Numbered from the stretch's first letter, positions 22,325-30,609 are shown. The stretch: DNA of 64,000 nucleotides from Thermodesulfobium acidiphilum (GCF_003057965.1 NZ_CP020921.1:980916-1044915), one strand, 5' to 3'. Numbers and translations: made by a program. Notes: generated by a model from the sequence alone, not told the origin.

Positions 22325-23580
22325 AATGTTTTCAACCTCTTTCTTTCATTTTTAAACGCCATCAGTGCAGCAGGAAATGGATCAAGAGTTCTTTTTAAAA
22401 CCCCCTGCAGAAAAGATATAGCTATACCATAATTTGTTATTGGAACTTTAGCCTCTCTTGCTATCTGTATTCGTGAAAGCATCTCTCTTCTATTGAGGAC
22501 ACATCCTGCGCAATGAATAACTAGCTTATAACTTGAAAGGTTATCAGGGTAATCTCTCCCAGAATAAACATCTATTTGTAAATCTCCTCCTACATATTGT
22601 CTAAGCCACCTCGGAATTTTCACACGACCAATATCATCTTCTATTGGATGATGGGTGCATGCTTCAGCTACCAAAATCTTATCCCCAGGTTGAAGTGCAT
22701 CAATATAGGCTGCTCCCTTCGCCTGCTCTATTAGATCCCCTTTGTAGCGGGAAAAGAGTATCGAAAACGTCGTAGCCTTCACATCCTCTGGTGTATCAGC
22801 AACCATCTTTAAAACAACCTGAGAATCACAAATAACTATATCAGGTTTTTTGTTTAACGTTGATATGGCATGGGATAACTCCCTCTCTTTTACAATTAAA
22901 GCCATTGCATCGTTATCAAGCGTATCCCTTATCGTTTGGACCTGTGGAAGTATAAGTCTTCCCTTTGGTGCCTCAAGATCAATGGGTACAACCAATATGG
23001 CTAAGCCTCCAGGTGATAGCAAATCGCCTATCAAAGTAGGTGGCTGCAAGAAATCAACCGGGCAAACATCTATGATCTGTTTTTTTAGCGCACTTATATA
23101 TGAATCCTTGTTTATCCTATCTACACTTGAAACAGAAATTATATGCTCATTAAAAATCGATTTAAGACTATTAACAAAATTAATGGATGGTTTCATCAAA
23201 TCAATTTTATTGATTATTGCTACTATTGGAATATTCCTTTTTTTAACTTCCTCTAAAACGTGTTCTTCGTAATCAGTCCACTCGTTTGGTTCTAATAAAA
23301 GAAGAACAATATCTGCTCTATTTAAGACATTATATGTTTTCTCAATTCTCAAAGTTCCTAAAACAGATCTGTCATCAAGACCCGCAGTATCCAAAAAAAT
23401 AACTGGCCCTATTGGCAAAAGTTCCATAGCTTTTTGAACAACATCCGTTGTTGTGCCCGGAACAGGAGAGGTAATAGCGAGGTCTTGCCCTATAACCATG
23501 TTTAGAAATGAAGACTTTCCAACATTTGTCCTTCCAAAAAGCGCAATATGTAAACGATTTCCACTCGGTGTCTTATTCAT
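22321..23580 (-). CDS. hydF: [FeFe]-hydrogenase maturation GTPase HydF
   Basis: GRTNVGKS, DTAG, NKID, PKGRLILPQVQ, EACTHH and HCAGC motifs. Confidence 0.96.
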   Translation of the reverse strand: MNKTPSGNRLHIALFGRTNVGKSSFLNMVIGQDLAITSPVPGTTTDVVQKAMELLPIGPVIFLDTAGLDDRSVLGTLRIEKTYNVLNRADIVLLLLEPNEWTDYEEHVLEEVKKRNIPIVAIINKIDLMKPSINFVNSLKSIFNEHIISVSSVDRINKDSYISALKKQIIDVCPVDFLQPPTLIGDLLSPGGLAILVVPIDLEAPKGRLILPQVQTIRDTLDNDAMALIVKERELSHAISTLNKKPDIVICDSQVVLKMVADTPEDVKATTFSILFSRYKGDLIEQAKGAAYIDALQPGDKILVAEACTHHPIEDDIGRVKIPRWLRQYVGGDLQIDVYSGRDYPDNLSSYKLVIHCAGCVLNRREMLSRIQIAREAKVPITNYGIAISFLQGVLKRTLDPFPAALMAFKNERKRLKTL

Positions 23581-24943
23581 CCCTATACCCTAACGATGTC
23601 AGGTTGTAAGGTGAAAGCATTCTATCAACCACTTCCTTCCCTTGCTTTTCATTCAGAAAAGCTCTAAAATCAGTTTTTCCTTTTTTGAGAAATTCCTTTA
23701 TCAAATTCTCGGCTTCTTTATAGCCTATAACTGGTAGAAGAGCTGTAACAATTGTCAGACTTTTATCTATATACTCTTTACATTTTTCTTCATTAGCCTT
23801 TATTTCTAAAACGTGTTCGCAGAGATTGATATCTAAATTTGTAAGGATTTCAAGCGATTCAAGTATGGCAAATGCAAGCAATGGGATAAACTCACATATC
23901 TGAAGCGTTGACCTACTTACAGTTTCAGTTATTAAAAAATCATTTGCCATTACCTTTAGTCCTACTTGCATAGCTGCTTCACAAAGCACAGGATTTACCT
24001 TTCCTGGCATAATAGAAGAACCAGTTTGAACGGCTGAAAGTTCTATCTCGCCTAATAAGTTTAAAAGTCTCAAGTCATTAAATATCTTAACTATGTTTGA
24101 TGCATGTGCCTTTAAGATACCCGACACCTCAACAAAAGGATCTGCATTTGCAGTTTCGGCCGGCACATTTTCACCTCTTGAAAGTCCAAGTCCCGTTATT
24201 TCTCTAAGTTTTTCGATAACAAGAAAAATGTAATTTTTCGGAGCAGTAAGACCAGTGCCAACAGCCGTACCTCCCAAATTCGTTACTCTTAAACGCTCTT
24301 CGCATTTAAAAGTTCTCCATCTATCTCTTGAAATAGCTTCCGCAAAAGCTCCAAATTCAGCCCCCAAAGTTATTGGAACTGCTTCTTGAAGTTCTGTCCG
24401 TCCGATCTTTACTATACCCGCAAATGCCTTTTCTTTTTTTTGGAATGCACCTTGAAGTTTTGCAACAGCATTGCTTAATTCACGTAATTTAAAAATGGAA
24501 GCAACTTTAACTGCTGTGGGATAAACGTCATTTGTCGATTGATGAAGATTAACATCGTGTATTGGATGTACAACATTATAGTCACCTTTCTTGCTCCCAA
24601 GAATTTCAATAGCCCTGTTAGCGATAACTTCGTTAATATTCATGTTTGTAGATGTTCCCGCTCCCCCCTGAAGTGCATCAAGCGGGAATTGATCATCGAA
24701 TCTTCCTTCGCATATCTCGTCGCAAGCAATCTCAATAGCCTTAGCCTTGTTCTCATCCAGAAAGCCAAGTTCATGATTTGCCATACAACAGGCCTTCTTA
24801 ACCATTGAGAGTGCTCGTATTAAAGCTTTTGGAACCTTATAATTGCTAAATCTAAAATTTCTCCTTGCTCTTTCGGTATGAAGGCCCCAATAAACATTAT
24901 CCGAAATATCAATTTTACCTAAAAGATCGCTTTCAATACGCAT
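23573..24943 (-). CDS. aspA: Aspartate ammonia-lyase (fumarase/aspartase family)
   Basis: QGGAGTSTNMN, QSTND and GSSIMPGKVNP; ATG at 24943 follows GAAAGGAA. Confidence 0.9.
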   Translation of the reverse strand: MRIESDLLGKIDISDNVYWGLHTERARRNFRFSNYKVPKALIRALSMVKKACCMANHELGFLDENKAKAIEIACDEICEGRFDDQFPLDALQGGAGTSTNMNINEVIANRAIEILGSKKGDYNVVHPIHDVNLHQSTNDVYPTAVKVASIFKLRELSNAVAKLQGAFQKKEKAFAGIVKIGRTELQEAVPITLGAEFGAFAEAISRDRWRTFKCEERLRVTNLGGTAVGTGLTAPKNYIFLVIEKLREITGLGLSRGENVPAETANADPFVEVSGILKAHASNIVKIFNDLRLLNLLGEIELSAVQTGSSIMPGKVNPVLCEAAMQVGLKVMANDFLITETVSRSTLQICEFIPLLAFAILESLEILTNLDINLCEHVLEIKANEEKCKEYIDKSLTIVTALLPVIGYKEAENLIKEFLKKGKTDFRAFLNEKQGKEVVDRMLSPYNLTSLGYRDE

Positions 24944-24966
24944 ATAATTTCCTTTCAAAAAATGAA

Positions 24967-25008
24967 GGGCTTAATAAGCCCAAACAGCATGGGCTTAATA
25001 AGCCCAAA
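24967..25008 (-). terminator. Tandem identical hairpins followed by a U-rich tract (terminator/attenuator or stabiliser)
   Basis: GGGCTTAATAAGCCCAAA at 24967-24984 and 24991-25008; TTCATTTTTT follows on the minus strand. Confidence 0.6.
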
Positions 25009-25024
25009 AACCTCAGTTCAAATT

Positions 25025-25696
25025 TTACGTTGTTTTCTCTACTTTTTCTAATTCTTTTTCAACCCACTTTGGATTATGGTGCTTTAAAACTTTTAAAGGC
25101 ATATCTCCTTCACCCCATTTCCACATAGCTTTAAAATCTTCAAAGTTGATTATCGAAAGCGGGAGATGAATAAATATAACCAACAAGGTTACAACGACCC
25201 CTAGCCATACATGCCACGTAAAAAGTAAGCTCGTAAAATCCCTTGGCATAGCTTCCCTATAGAGATAGAGTAACCACCCAGATAAACCTTCAAATACAAT
25301 TGAGAACACAAACAGGATATATGCAAGCTTTTGACCTGCGTTGTACTTTCCAACAGGAGCAGTTTCCTCAGGTCCAAATGGAATACCAAACTTCCTTGGA
25401 TAACCACCAAGATTTTTGAACCATCTAAAGTCATCCATATCCCATCTGAAAAGCTCATCTAGCATAAGATAAAACCTATCTGGGTTTATGAAAACAAATG
25501 CAAGGAAATTGAATGTAAAAATTACAGCAGCAATAACATGAATATCCATAAGGAAGCCACCCGCCGCCGTTGTTTTATCTACCAGATGGAAATAAACAAG
25601 GCTACCCGTTATTATAAGGATAAACCATGTAACAGCATTGGTATTGTGAAATACCTTTTCTGAAATTGGAAAACGAAGTGCTCTTTCATCATCCAA
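25025..25696 (-). CDS. Cytochrome b membrane anchor of the periplasmic [FeFe]-hydrogenase (FdnI/HydC type)
   Basis: Four TM helices with His ligands and GKYNAGQK motif. Confidence 0.88.
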   Translation of the reverse strand: MDDERALRFPISEKVFHNTNAVTWFILIITGSLVYFHLVDKTTAAGGFLMDIHVIAAVIFTFNFLAFVFINPDRFYLMLDELFRWDMDDFRWFKNLGGYPRKFGIPFGPEETAPVGKYNAGQKLAYILFVFSIVFEGLSGWLLYLYREAMPRDFTSLLFTWHVWLGVVVTLLVIFIHLPLSIINFEDFKAMWKWGEGDMPLKVLKHHNPKWVEKELEKVEKTT

Positions 25697-26048
25697 CGTT
25701 ATGCCCTCCTCTTAGAATAAGATTTGTCCTGCTATAGTAATCTGTATGAAGAAGTTCTTCTGCAATCTTGCTTAATGGATGTTCCGCAAACTCACTATAA
25801 AACATCTTTACAGCAGGATTTTGATCTGATACAGCAAGACCTTTTTCCTGTAGTCTTGCATCATCTTTATACAATCCAGCCTGTCTCATTTTCATATAAT
25901 TATTTCTATTTTCGAATACGTCAGTTATTTTATAACCCGCTATAGCTATAGCAGCAATTATTATTCCAGTTACTTTTAAAAACCCTCTTCTACTTATAAT
26001 AGCAGCAACTGGTTTTTCCCGGTAATCATAAGGAATTTTTTCACTCAT
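25689..26048 (-). CDS. hydB: [FeFe]-hydrogenase small subunit with Tat signal
   Basis: SRRGFLK, RQAGLYKDD, NPAV...FY and LLHTDY motifs. Confidence 0.9.
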   Translation of the reverse strand: MSEKIPYDYREKPVAAIISRRGFLKVTGIIIAAIAIAGYKITDVFENRNNYMKMRQAGLYKDDARLQEKGLAVSDQNPAVKMFYSEFAEHPLSKIAEELLHTDYYSRTNLILRGGHNVG

Positions 26049-26074
26049 ACTTTCCTCCTATCAAACATTTTTTC

Positions 26075-27424
26075 TTAAACCTTAAGGCGTAGGGGTAATA
26101 ATGGGTCAATCCACGATGTTCCCATTGGTTGAACAGGTTGCCCACCGCCATTAATACATCCACCAGGACAATTCATCACCTCTATAATATCGTACGGCGA
26201 CTGTCCACTAAGAACATCCTTAACAACTTTATCAAGATGGTTTTTTATACCGTTTACAGTTGCTGTTCTCACTGTAATAGTTTTTCCATCCTTAAGCGGA
26301 AGAGTAATAGTAGCTTCTTTAACTCCATACTTTGTATAACCTCTAACTGCATATATGTCCCAACTTGGAGGATTTTTCCCTGAAACCACCTGGTATGCAT
26401 ATCTCAACGCCGCTTCCATAACACCGCCGCTATTTCCAAATATCGTTGCACCACCCGTATACATTTCTGTTATCTTCTCCTCCGCCTCTTCAGGCATCTC
26501 AAGCGGGTTTATACCTTTTCTTCTAAATACTTCAGCAAGATCTCTTGTTGTAAGAACAGCATCTATATCAGGAAACTTCGGCGTATTATCAGGTATAATC
26601 TTTTTCTCCCTTAAAAACTTCCATGCAGCATGAAATTCAGGCCTGCTTGCTTCAAAAATTTTTGCAGTACAAGGCATTATACCTACCGTATAAACCTTCA
26701 CCGGATCAACTTTCCAGATGTTTAATGCTGCCCATGTCTTTGCCGAAGGACCAGCCATAAGCATAGGAGATCTTGCACCCGATATATGTGGTAAAAGGGC
26801 AGCATAGTTAATCTCTGCATATCTTACCCATGCAGGACAGCAGGATGTAAAGTGTGGAAAGGGATGTTTTCCAAATTCTTCCAATTCTTTACTTCTTTCA
26901 CCCAACACCCAATAACGGATTTTCCCTACTATTTCACCACCTTCTTCCAAAATCGTCTGGTCAGCCGCAAGATTATTTTCGTAAACCTTAAAACCTGCCT
27001 TCTTCATTGCACTATGAAGTTTTTTAACTGTGAGTGTTCCTGGAGGTGCACCAAATTCTTCAGCAATAGCAACTCTTACAGCCGGTGCAGGTATTCCCAC
27101 AACTACCACTTTAGGATCATTTAACTTTCCCATTACTTCATCAACAAAACTCATTTGTTCAATAGCTCCGAATGGACAATTGATAAGACACTGACCACAT
27201 GCAATGCACTTATCCAAGTCGATCTTGTGTGCAACCCCAATTTCACCCATCATAGCATCAGCTGGACAATTCTCTCTACATGTGTCACATCCAACACATT
27301 TATCCTGGTTCACACGTATAATTCCTCTTAATTCCCCTGGGTTATATGTACCCTGAGGCTCTGATCCGCTCACTCTGGCATCAGGTGGCGGTAGAAAAGT
27401 TCCCACTTTCATTACATTTCCCAT
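26075..27424 (-). CDS. hydA: [FeFe]-hydrogenase large subunit (2x[4Fe-4S] + H-cluster), periplasmic type
   Basis: Two CxxCxxCxxxCP motifs; TSCCPAW, MPCTAK and EVMNCPGGCINGGGQP. Confidence 0.95.
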   Translation of the reverse strand: MGNVMKVGTFLPPPDARVSGSEPQGTYNPGELRGIIRVNQDKCVGCDTCRENCPADAMMGEIGVAHKIDLDKCIACGQCLINCPFGAIEQMSFVDEVMGKLNDPKVVVVGIPAPAVRVAIAEEFGAPPGTLTVKKLHSAMKKAGFKVYENNLAADQTILEEGGEIVGKIRYWVLGERSKELEEFGKHPFPHFTSCCPAWVRYAEINYAALLPHISGARSPMLMAGPSAKTWAALNIWKVDPVKVYTVGIMPCTAKIFEASRPEFHAAWKFLREKKIIPDNTPKFPDIDAVLTTRDLAEVFRRKGINPLEMPEEAEEKITEMYTGGATIFGNSGGVMEAALRYAYQVVSGKNPPSWDIYAVRGYTKYGVKEATITLPLKDGKTITVRTATVNGIKNHLDKVVKDVLSGQSPYDIIEVMNCPGGCINGGGQPVQPMGTSWIDPLLPLRLKV

Positions 27425-27681
27425 ATAATTACACCCCTTATTAAAGTCTTCAAGAATTCATAACTATACTCAATCTAAATCTCTTAGCTATCCTTCTTTA
27501 TGAATATTCGGGTAAACACCATTTAAAACACCTATATAGATAGTTAAACATCCTTTCTAGCAATGAATAACCACCTTTCCTAAATAGAACCTCCACTGGT
27601 TCAATCCTCATTTAATTATTTATAATTTTTAAACCCCACGCTTATTAGAAATCTTTAGCCTACTTTCTCTAACCTCTTGTT

Positions 27682-29454
27682 CTAGTTATTTTTGCCTCTC
27701 GGAATGTAATGAGTATGGAGCAATTGATGAGACTTATGCCCAAGAGGTTCTCCCAGGAATTCTTTATAAATCGCTTGAATTTCAGGATTTTCATGGCTCT
27801 TTCTAATAGGTAATTTTTTATCTCTTTCATAAATCCCATTTATACGAAGTTCTCTCTCTTCAACAGTCGTTGGAATTGGTTGACCTCCTCCACCAATACA
27901 TCCACCTGGACATGCCATTATTTCTATAAAGTGATAGTCTTTAAGTTCCCCAGCCCTTACTTTATCCATAAGCTGCCTTGCTAAACCAAGAGAATGAGCA
28001 ACGAGAACTTTTACTGTAATTCCATTCATATTTACAGAAGCTTCTTTAATTCCTTTCATTCCTCTTATATCTTCAAAATCAAGTTTTGGAAGAGTTTTAC
28101 CCGTAACAACTTCATAAGCTGTTCTTAATGCTGCTTCCATAACTCCACCTGTCGCTCCAAAAATCTGGGCAGCACCCGTTCCTTCACCCATAATAGGATC
28201 ATATTTCTCATCTGGAAGATTTGCAAAATCTATCCCTGCTTCACGAATCATTCTTATAAGCTCTCTTGAGGTAAGAACAACGTCTACGTCTCTTGAGATC
28301 CCGGGGTTATTCCAATATTTCGCTGCAGAATTCATTTCCGGACGGGCTGCTTCGTATTTCTTTGCTGTACATGGCATAACAGAAACAACAAAAATATTTT
28401 CTGGATTTATTTTCTTTTTTTCAGCATAAAAGGTTTTTGCAATTGGCCCAAACATCTGCTGGGGAGACTTACAAGAAGAGATGTGAGGAAGTAGATCAGG
28501 ATAAAACTCTTCTGCAAATTTTATCCATCCAGGTGAGCAGGATGTGGTTTGTGGCAGAACTCCATTATTTTTTATTCTATGAATAAGTTCATACCCTTCT
28601 TCCATAATTGTTAGGTCTGCAGCCCAGTTTGTATCAAAAACTGCATCAAACCCAAGCCGCCTAAGTGCTGCTACCATTTTTCCAGTAATGTCTGTTCCAA
28701 CAGGCAGCCCAAAAGCCTCTCCTATTGTTACATGAGTAGAAGGTGCTGTCTGAGCAACTACATGTTTACTTGGATCGGCAATTGCTTCCCACACTTTCCA
28801 TGTGTCATCTCTTTCAACTATGGCACCAGTAGGACACACTAGGGCACATTGACCACAGTTAACGCACTGAGTTTCAATAAGTGGTATGCCACCTTTTGGC
28901 CTTACAACAGCATCAAAACCATTTCCATAAAGCTCCAGAGCATCAACTGTTTGTAAAACCTTACAAGCAGTTATACATCTTTGACAGAGTATACATTTAT
29001 TTGGATTTCTTATTATTGACGGAGATGAATCGTCAATAGGCAATGATTTCATTTCACCCTGAGGTCTTATCGCCCTTACATTAAGTTCAGCACACAGACT
29101 TTGCAGTTCACAAATTCCATTTTTAGGACATGTTGTACAGTCGAGATGATGGTCGCTTAACAACATTTCAAGGTTAAGTTTTCTTGCTGCAAGTACTTTG
29201 GGAGTATTTGTTTTTATAACCATTCCATTTTCTGCAGGAGTATTGCAGGAAGACACAAAATCTGGTTTCCCGTCTACTTCTACAACACACACACGACAAG
29301 AACCTATATCATGTTTAATACCTTTAAGACCTACATCTTTGAGATAACAAAGTGTTGGAATTTTAACATTTGCTTTCTTAGCAGCCTCTAAAATTGTAGT
29401 CCCTTCCGGAACTGTTACCTCTCGCCCATCAATTATTACCCTTATATCTGACAT
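27682..29454 (-). CDS. Cytoplasmic [FeFe]-hydrogenase catalytic subunit ([2Fe-2S], His-[4Fe-4S], 2x[4Fe-4S], H-cluster; HndD/HydA type)
   Basis: PTLCY...CRVCVV, HHLDCTTC, TSCSPGW, MPCTAKKYE and EIMACPGGCIGGGGQP motifs. Confidence 0.95.
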   Translation of the reverse strand: MSDIRVIIDGREVTVPEGTTILEAAKKANVKIPTLCYLKDVGLKGIKHDIGSCRVCVVEVDGKPDFVSSCNTPAENGMVIKTNTPKVLAARKLNLEMLLSDHHLDCTTCPKNGICELQSLCAELNVRAIRPQGEMKSLPIDDSSPSIIRNPNKCILCQRCITACKVLQTVDALELYGNGFDAVVRPKGGIPLIETQCVNCGQCALVCPTGAIVERDDTWKVWEAIADPSKHVVAQTAPSTHVTIGEAFGLPVGTDITGKMVAALRRLGFDAVFDTNWAADLTIMEEGYELIHRIKNNGVLPQTTSCSPGWIKFAEEFYPDLLPHISSCKSPQQMFGPIAKTFYAEKKKINPENIFVVSVMPCTAKKYEAARPEMNSAAKYWNNPGISRDVDVVLTSRELIRMIREAGIDFANLPDEKYDPIMGEGTGAAQIFGATGGVMEAALRTAYEVVTGKTLPKLDFEDIRGMKGIKEASVNMNGITVKVLVAHSLGLARQLMDKVRAGELKDYHFIEIMACPGGCIGGGGQPIPTTVEERELRINGIYERDKKLPIRKSHENPEIQAIYKEFLGEPLGHKSHQLLHTHYIPRGKNN

Positions 29455-29472
29455 CTTTTAACCTCCATAAAA

Positions 29473-30300
29473 TTATCTGAGCATTACTACTTGCTGCCAA
29501 CCCATATTGGCTGGAATACTACAGGCACAGCTTCCTTTTATGCGTGATTCTATATCGTCGTTACAAAATTCAAGAGTATATCTAACTAACTTTCCAGCCA
29601 TTTTCCCCAAATCACATCTGCTTGAAGTCTCAATATCTGTGGCTAAATTTTTAAGGAATGATATCTCTGAATCTGAAATTGAACCATCAAAAACTTTTTG
29701 GACTATTTCTTGCATTCTTTTTGTACCAATCCTGCAAGGAGTACATTCGCCACATGAATTTTTCTGAGTATAATCAAGGAAAAACTGAACCATATCGACC
29801 ATACATCGATCTTTTTCCCAAAAAAGCTTTCCTGCTGAACCAACTGCAGCAATCATTTTTGTCAGATCTCGCCAATCGAAATTTGAAGGCGCTTTTAAGG
29901 AAAGAGGACCAAGCTGTTTGATGTGTTCAACAAAATCCTTTGCAACGCGAGAAAATTTTAGCCCCTCGGCACCCGAAATCCATTCAAGCCTTATTCTTTC
30001 TTTTGGAATTCCTATAACCTCTAGGAATCTTGTTAGTAGATTAAATCTTCTGTGAGCATAATAATTTCCTGTACGATAGTGACAATCCCCCGGATGGCAC
30101 CCTGAAACTAGAACCCCATCAGCACCGGATAAAAAAGCTTCTACAACGAATTCAGGTTCAACTCTTCCGGAGCACGGTACTCGAATAGCATACACATTGG
30201 GAGGATAGTCATATCTTAACGAACCTGCCAGATCGCATCCCGCATAGCTACACCAATTACATAAAAAAGCAATGATTTTAGGCTCAAAGCTTTCCTCCAT
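29473..30300 (-). CDS. MvhD (hydrogenase delta, [2Fe-2S]) domain fused to a NuoF/HydB-type [4Fe-4S] domain
   Basis: FLCNWCSY, RVPCSGRV, GCHPGDCHY and WISGAEG, then CMVD...SCGECTPCRIG...SRCDLG. Confidence 0.88.
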   Translation of the reverse strand: MEESFEPKIIAFLCNWCSYAGCDLAGSLRYDYPPNVYAIRVPCSGRVEPEFVVEAFLSGADGVLVSGCHPGDCHYRTGNYYAHRRFNLLTRFLEVIGIPKERIRLEWISGAEGLKFSRVAKDFVEHIKQLGPLSLKAPSNFDWRDLTKMIAAVGSAGKLFWEKDRCMVDMVQFFLDYTQKNSCGECTPCRIGTKRMQEIVQKVFDGSISDSEISFLKNLATDIETSSRCDLGKMAGKLVRYTLEFCNDDIESRIKGSCACSIPANMGWQQVVMLR

Positions 30301-30321
30301 AGCAAAACCTCCTCAGTATTT

Positions 30322-30409
30322 TGTGTTTGGCTTTCTTAGCTTGACGCCAGCCTTCTGTGGCTCAATACTTTTGTGTGTTTGGCTTTCTTAGCTTGACGCC
30401 AGCCTTCTG
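30322..30409 (-). repeat. Perfect 36-bp direct repeat (two copies) in the 5' leader of the hydrogenase cluster
   Basis: TGTGTTTGGCTTTCTTAGCTTGACGCCAGCCTTCTG at 30322-30357 and 30374-30409. Confidence 0.95.
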
Positions 30410-30482
30410 ACGGGCAGTTTTGCGTGAGGTTTTTTAAATAAAAAGGCTTCAGCCTTTTAACTTTCTTAATAAGTTTTTATAA

Positions 30483-30511
30483 AGTATATATAAACCTTTT
30501 ATTTTTGTCAA
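30483..30511 (-). promoter_or_regulatory. Sigma70 promoter of the hydrogenase cluster
   Basis: TTGACA (30511-30506), 17-nt spacer, TATACT (30488-30483). Confidence 0.75.
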
Positions 30512-30530
30512 TATTTCGAATTGCTTCATC

Positions 30531-30582
30531 AAAAATCTAAATGAAATACAATCGTTGCCTCAAATAAAAAATCTAAATGAAA
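30531..30582. repeat. 16-bp direct repeat upstream of the -35 box, possible regulator sites
   Basis: AAAAATCTAAATGAAA at 30531-30546 and 30567-30582. Confidence 0.55.
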
Positions 30583-30609
30583 ATAAAAAGTCTCTTAGAA
30601 TAGTAGTTA

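Noticed and set aside
27498-27611. 37-aa minus-strand ORF and several GGA motifs between the two hydA genes
   Set aside because: No SD before the ATG and no recognisable motif; the GGA clustering (CsrA-like) is too weak to call
30322-30409. CRISPR mini-array near the cas6 fragment
   Set aside because: Only two copies, a 16-nt gap that itself resembles the flank (tandem duplication), no typical repeat end, and it lies inside a 5' UTR
30301-30440. c-di-GMP-I (GEMM) or ANTAR element in the hydrogenase leader
   Set aside because: GCAAAAC is present, but I could not identify the GNRA tetraloop/receptor arrangement or the ANTAR hexaloop pair
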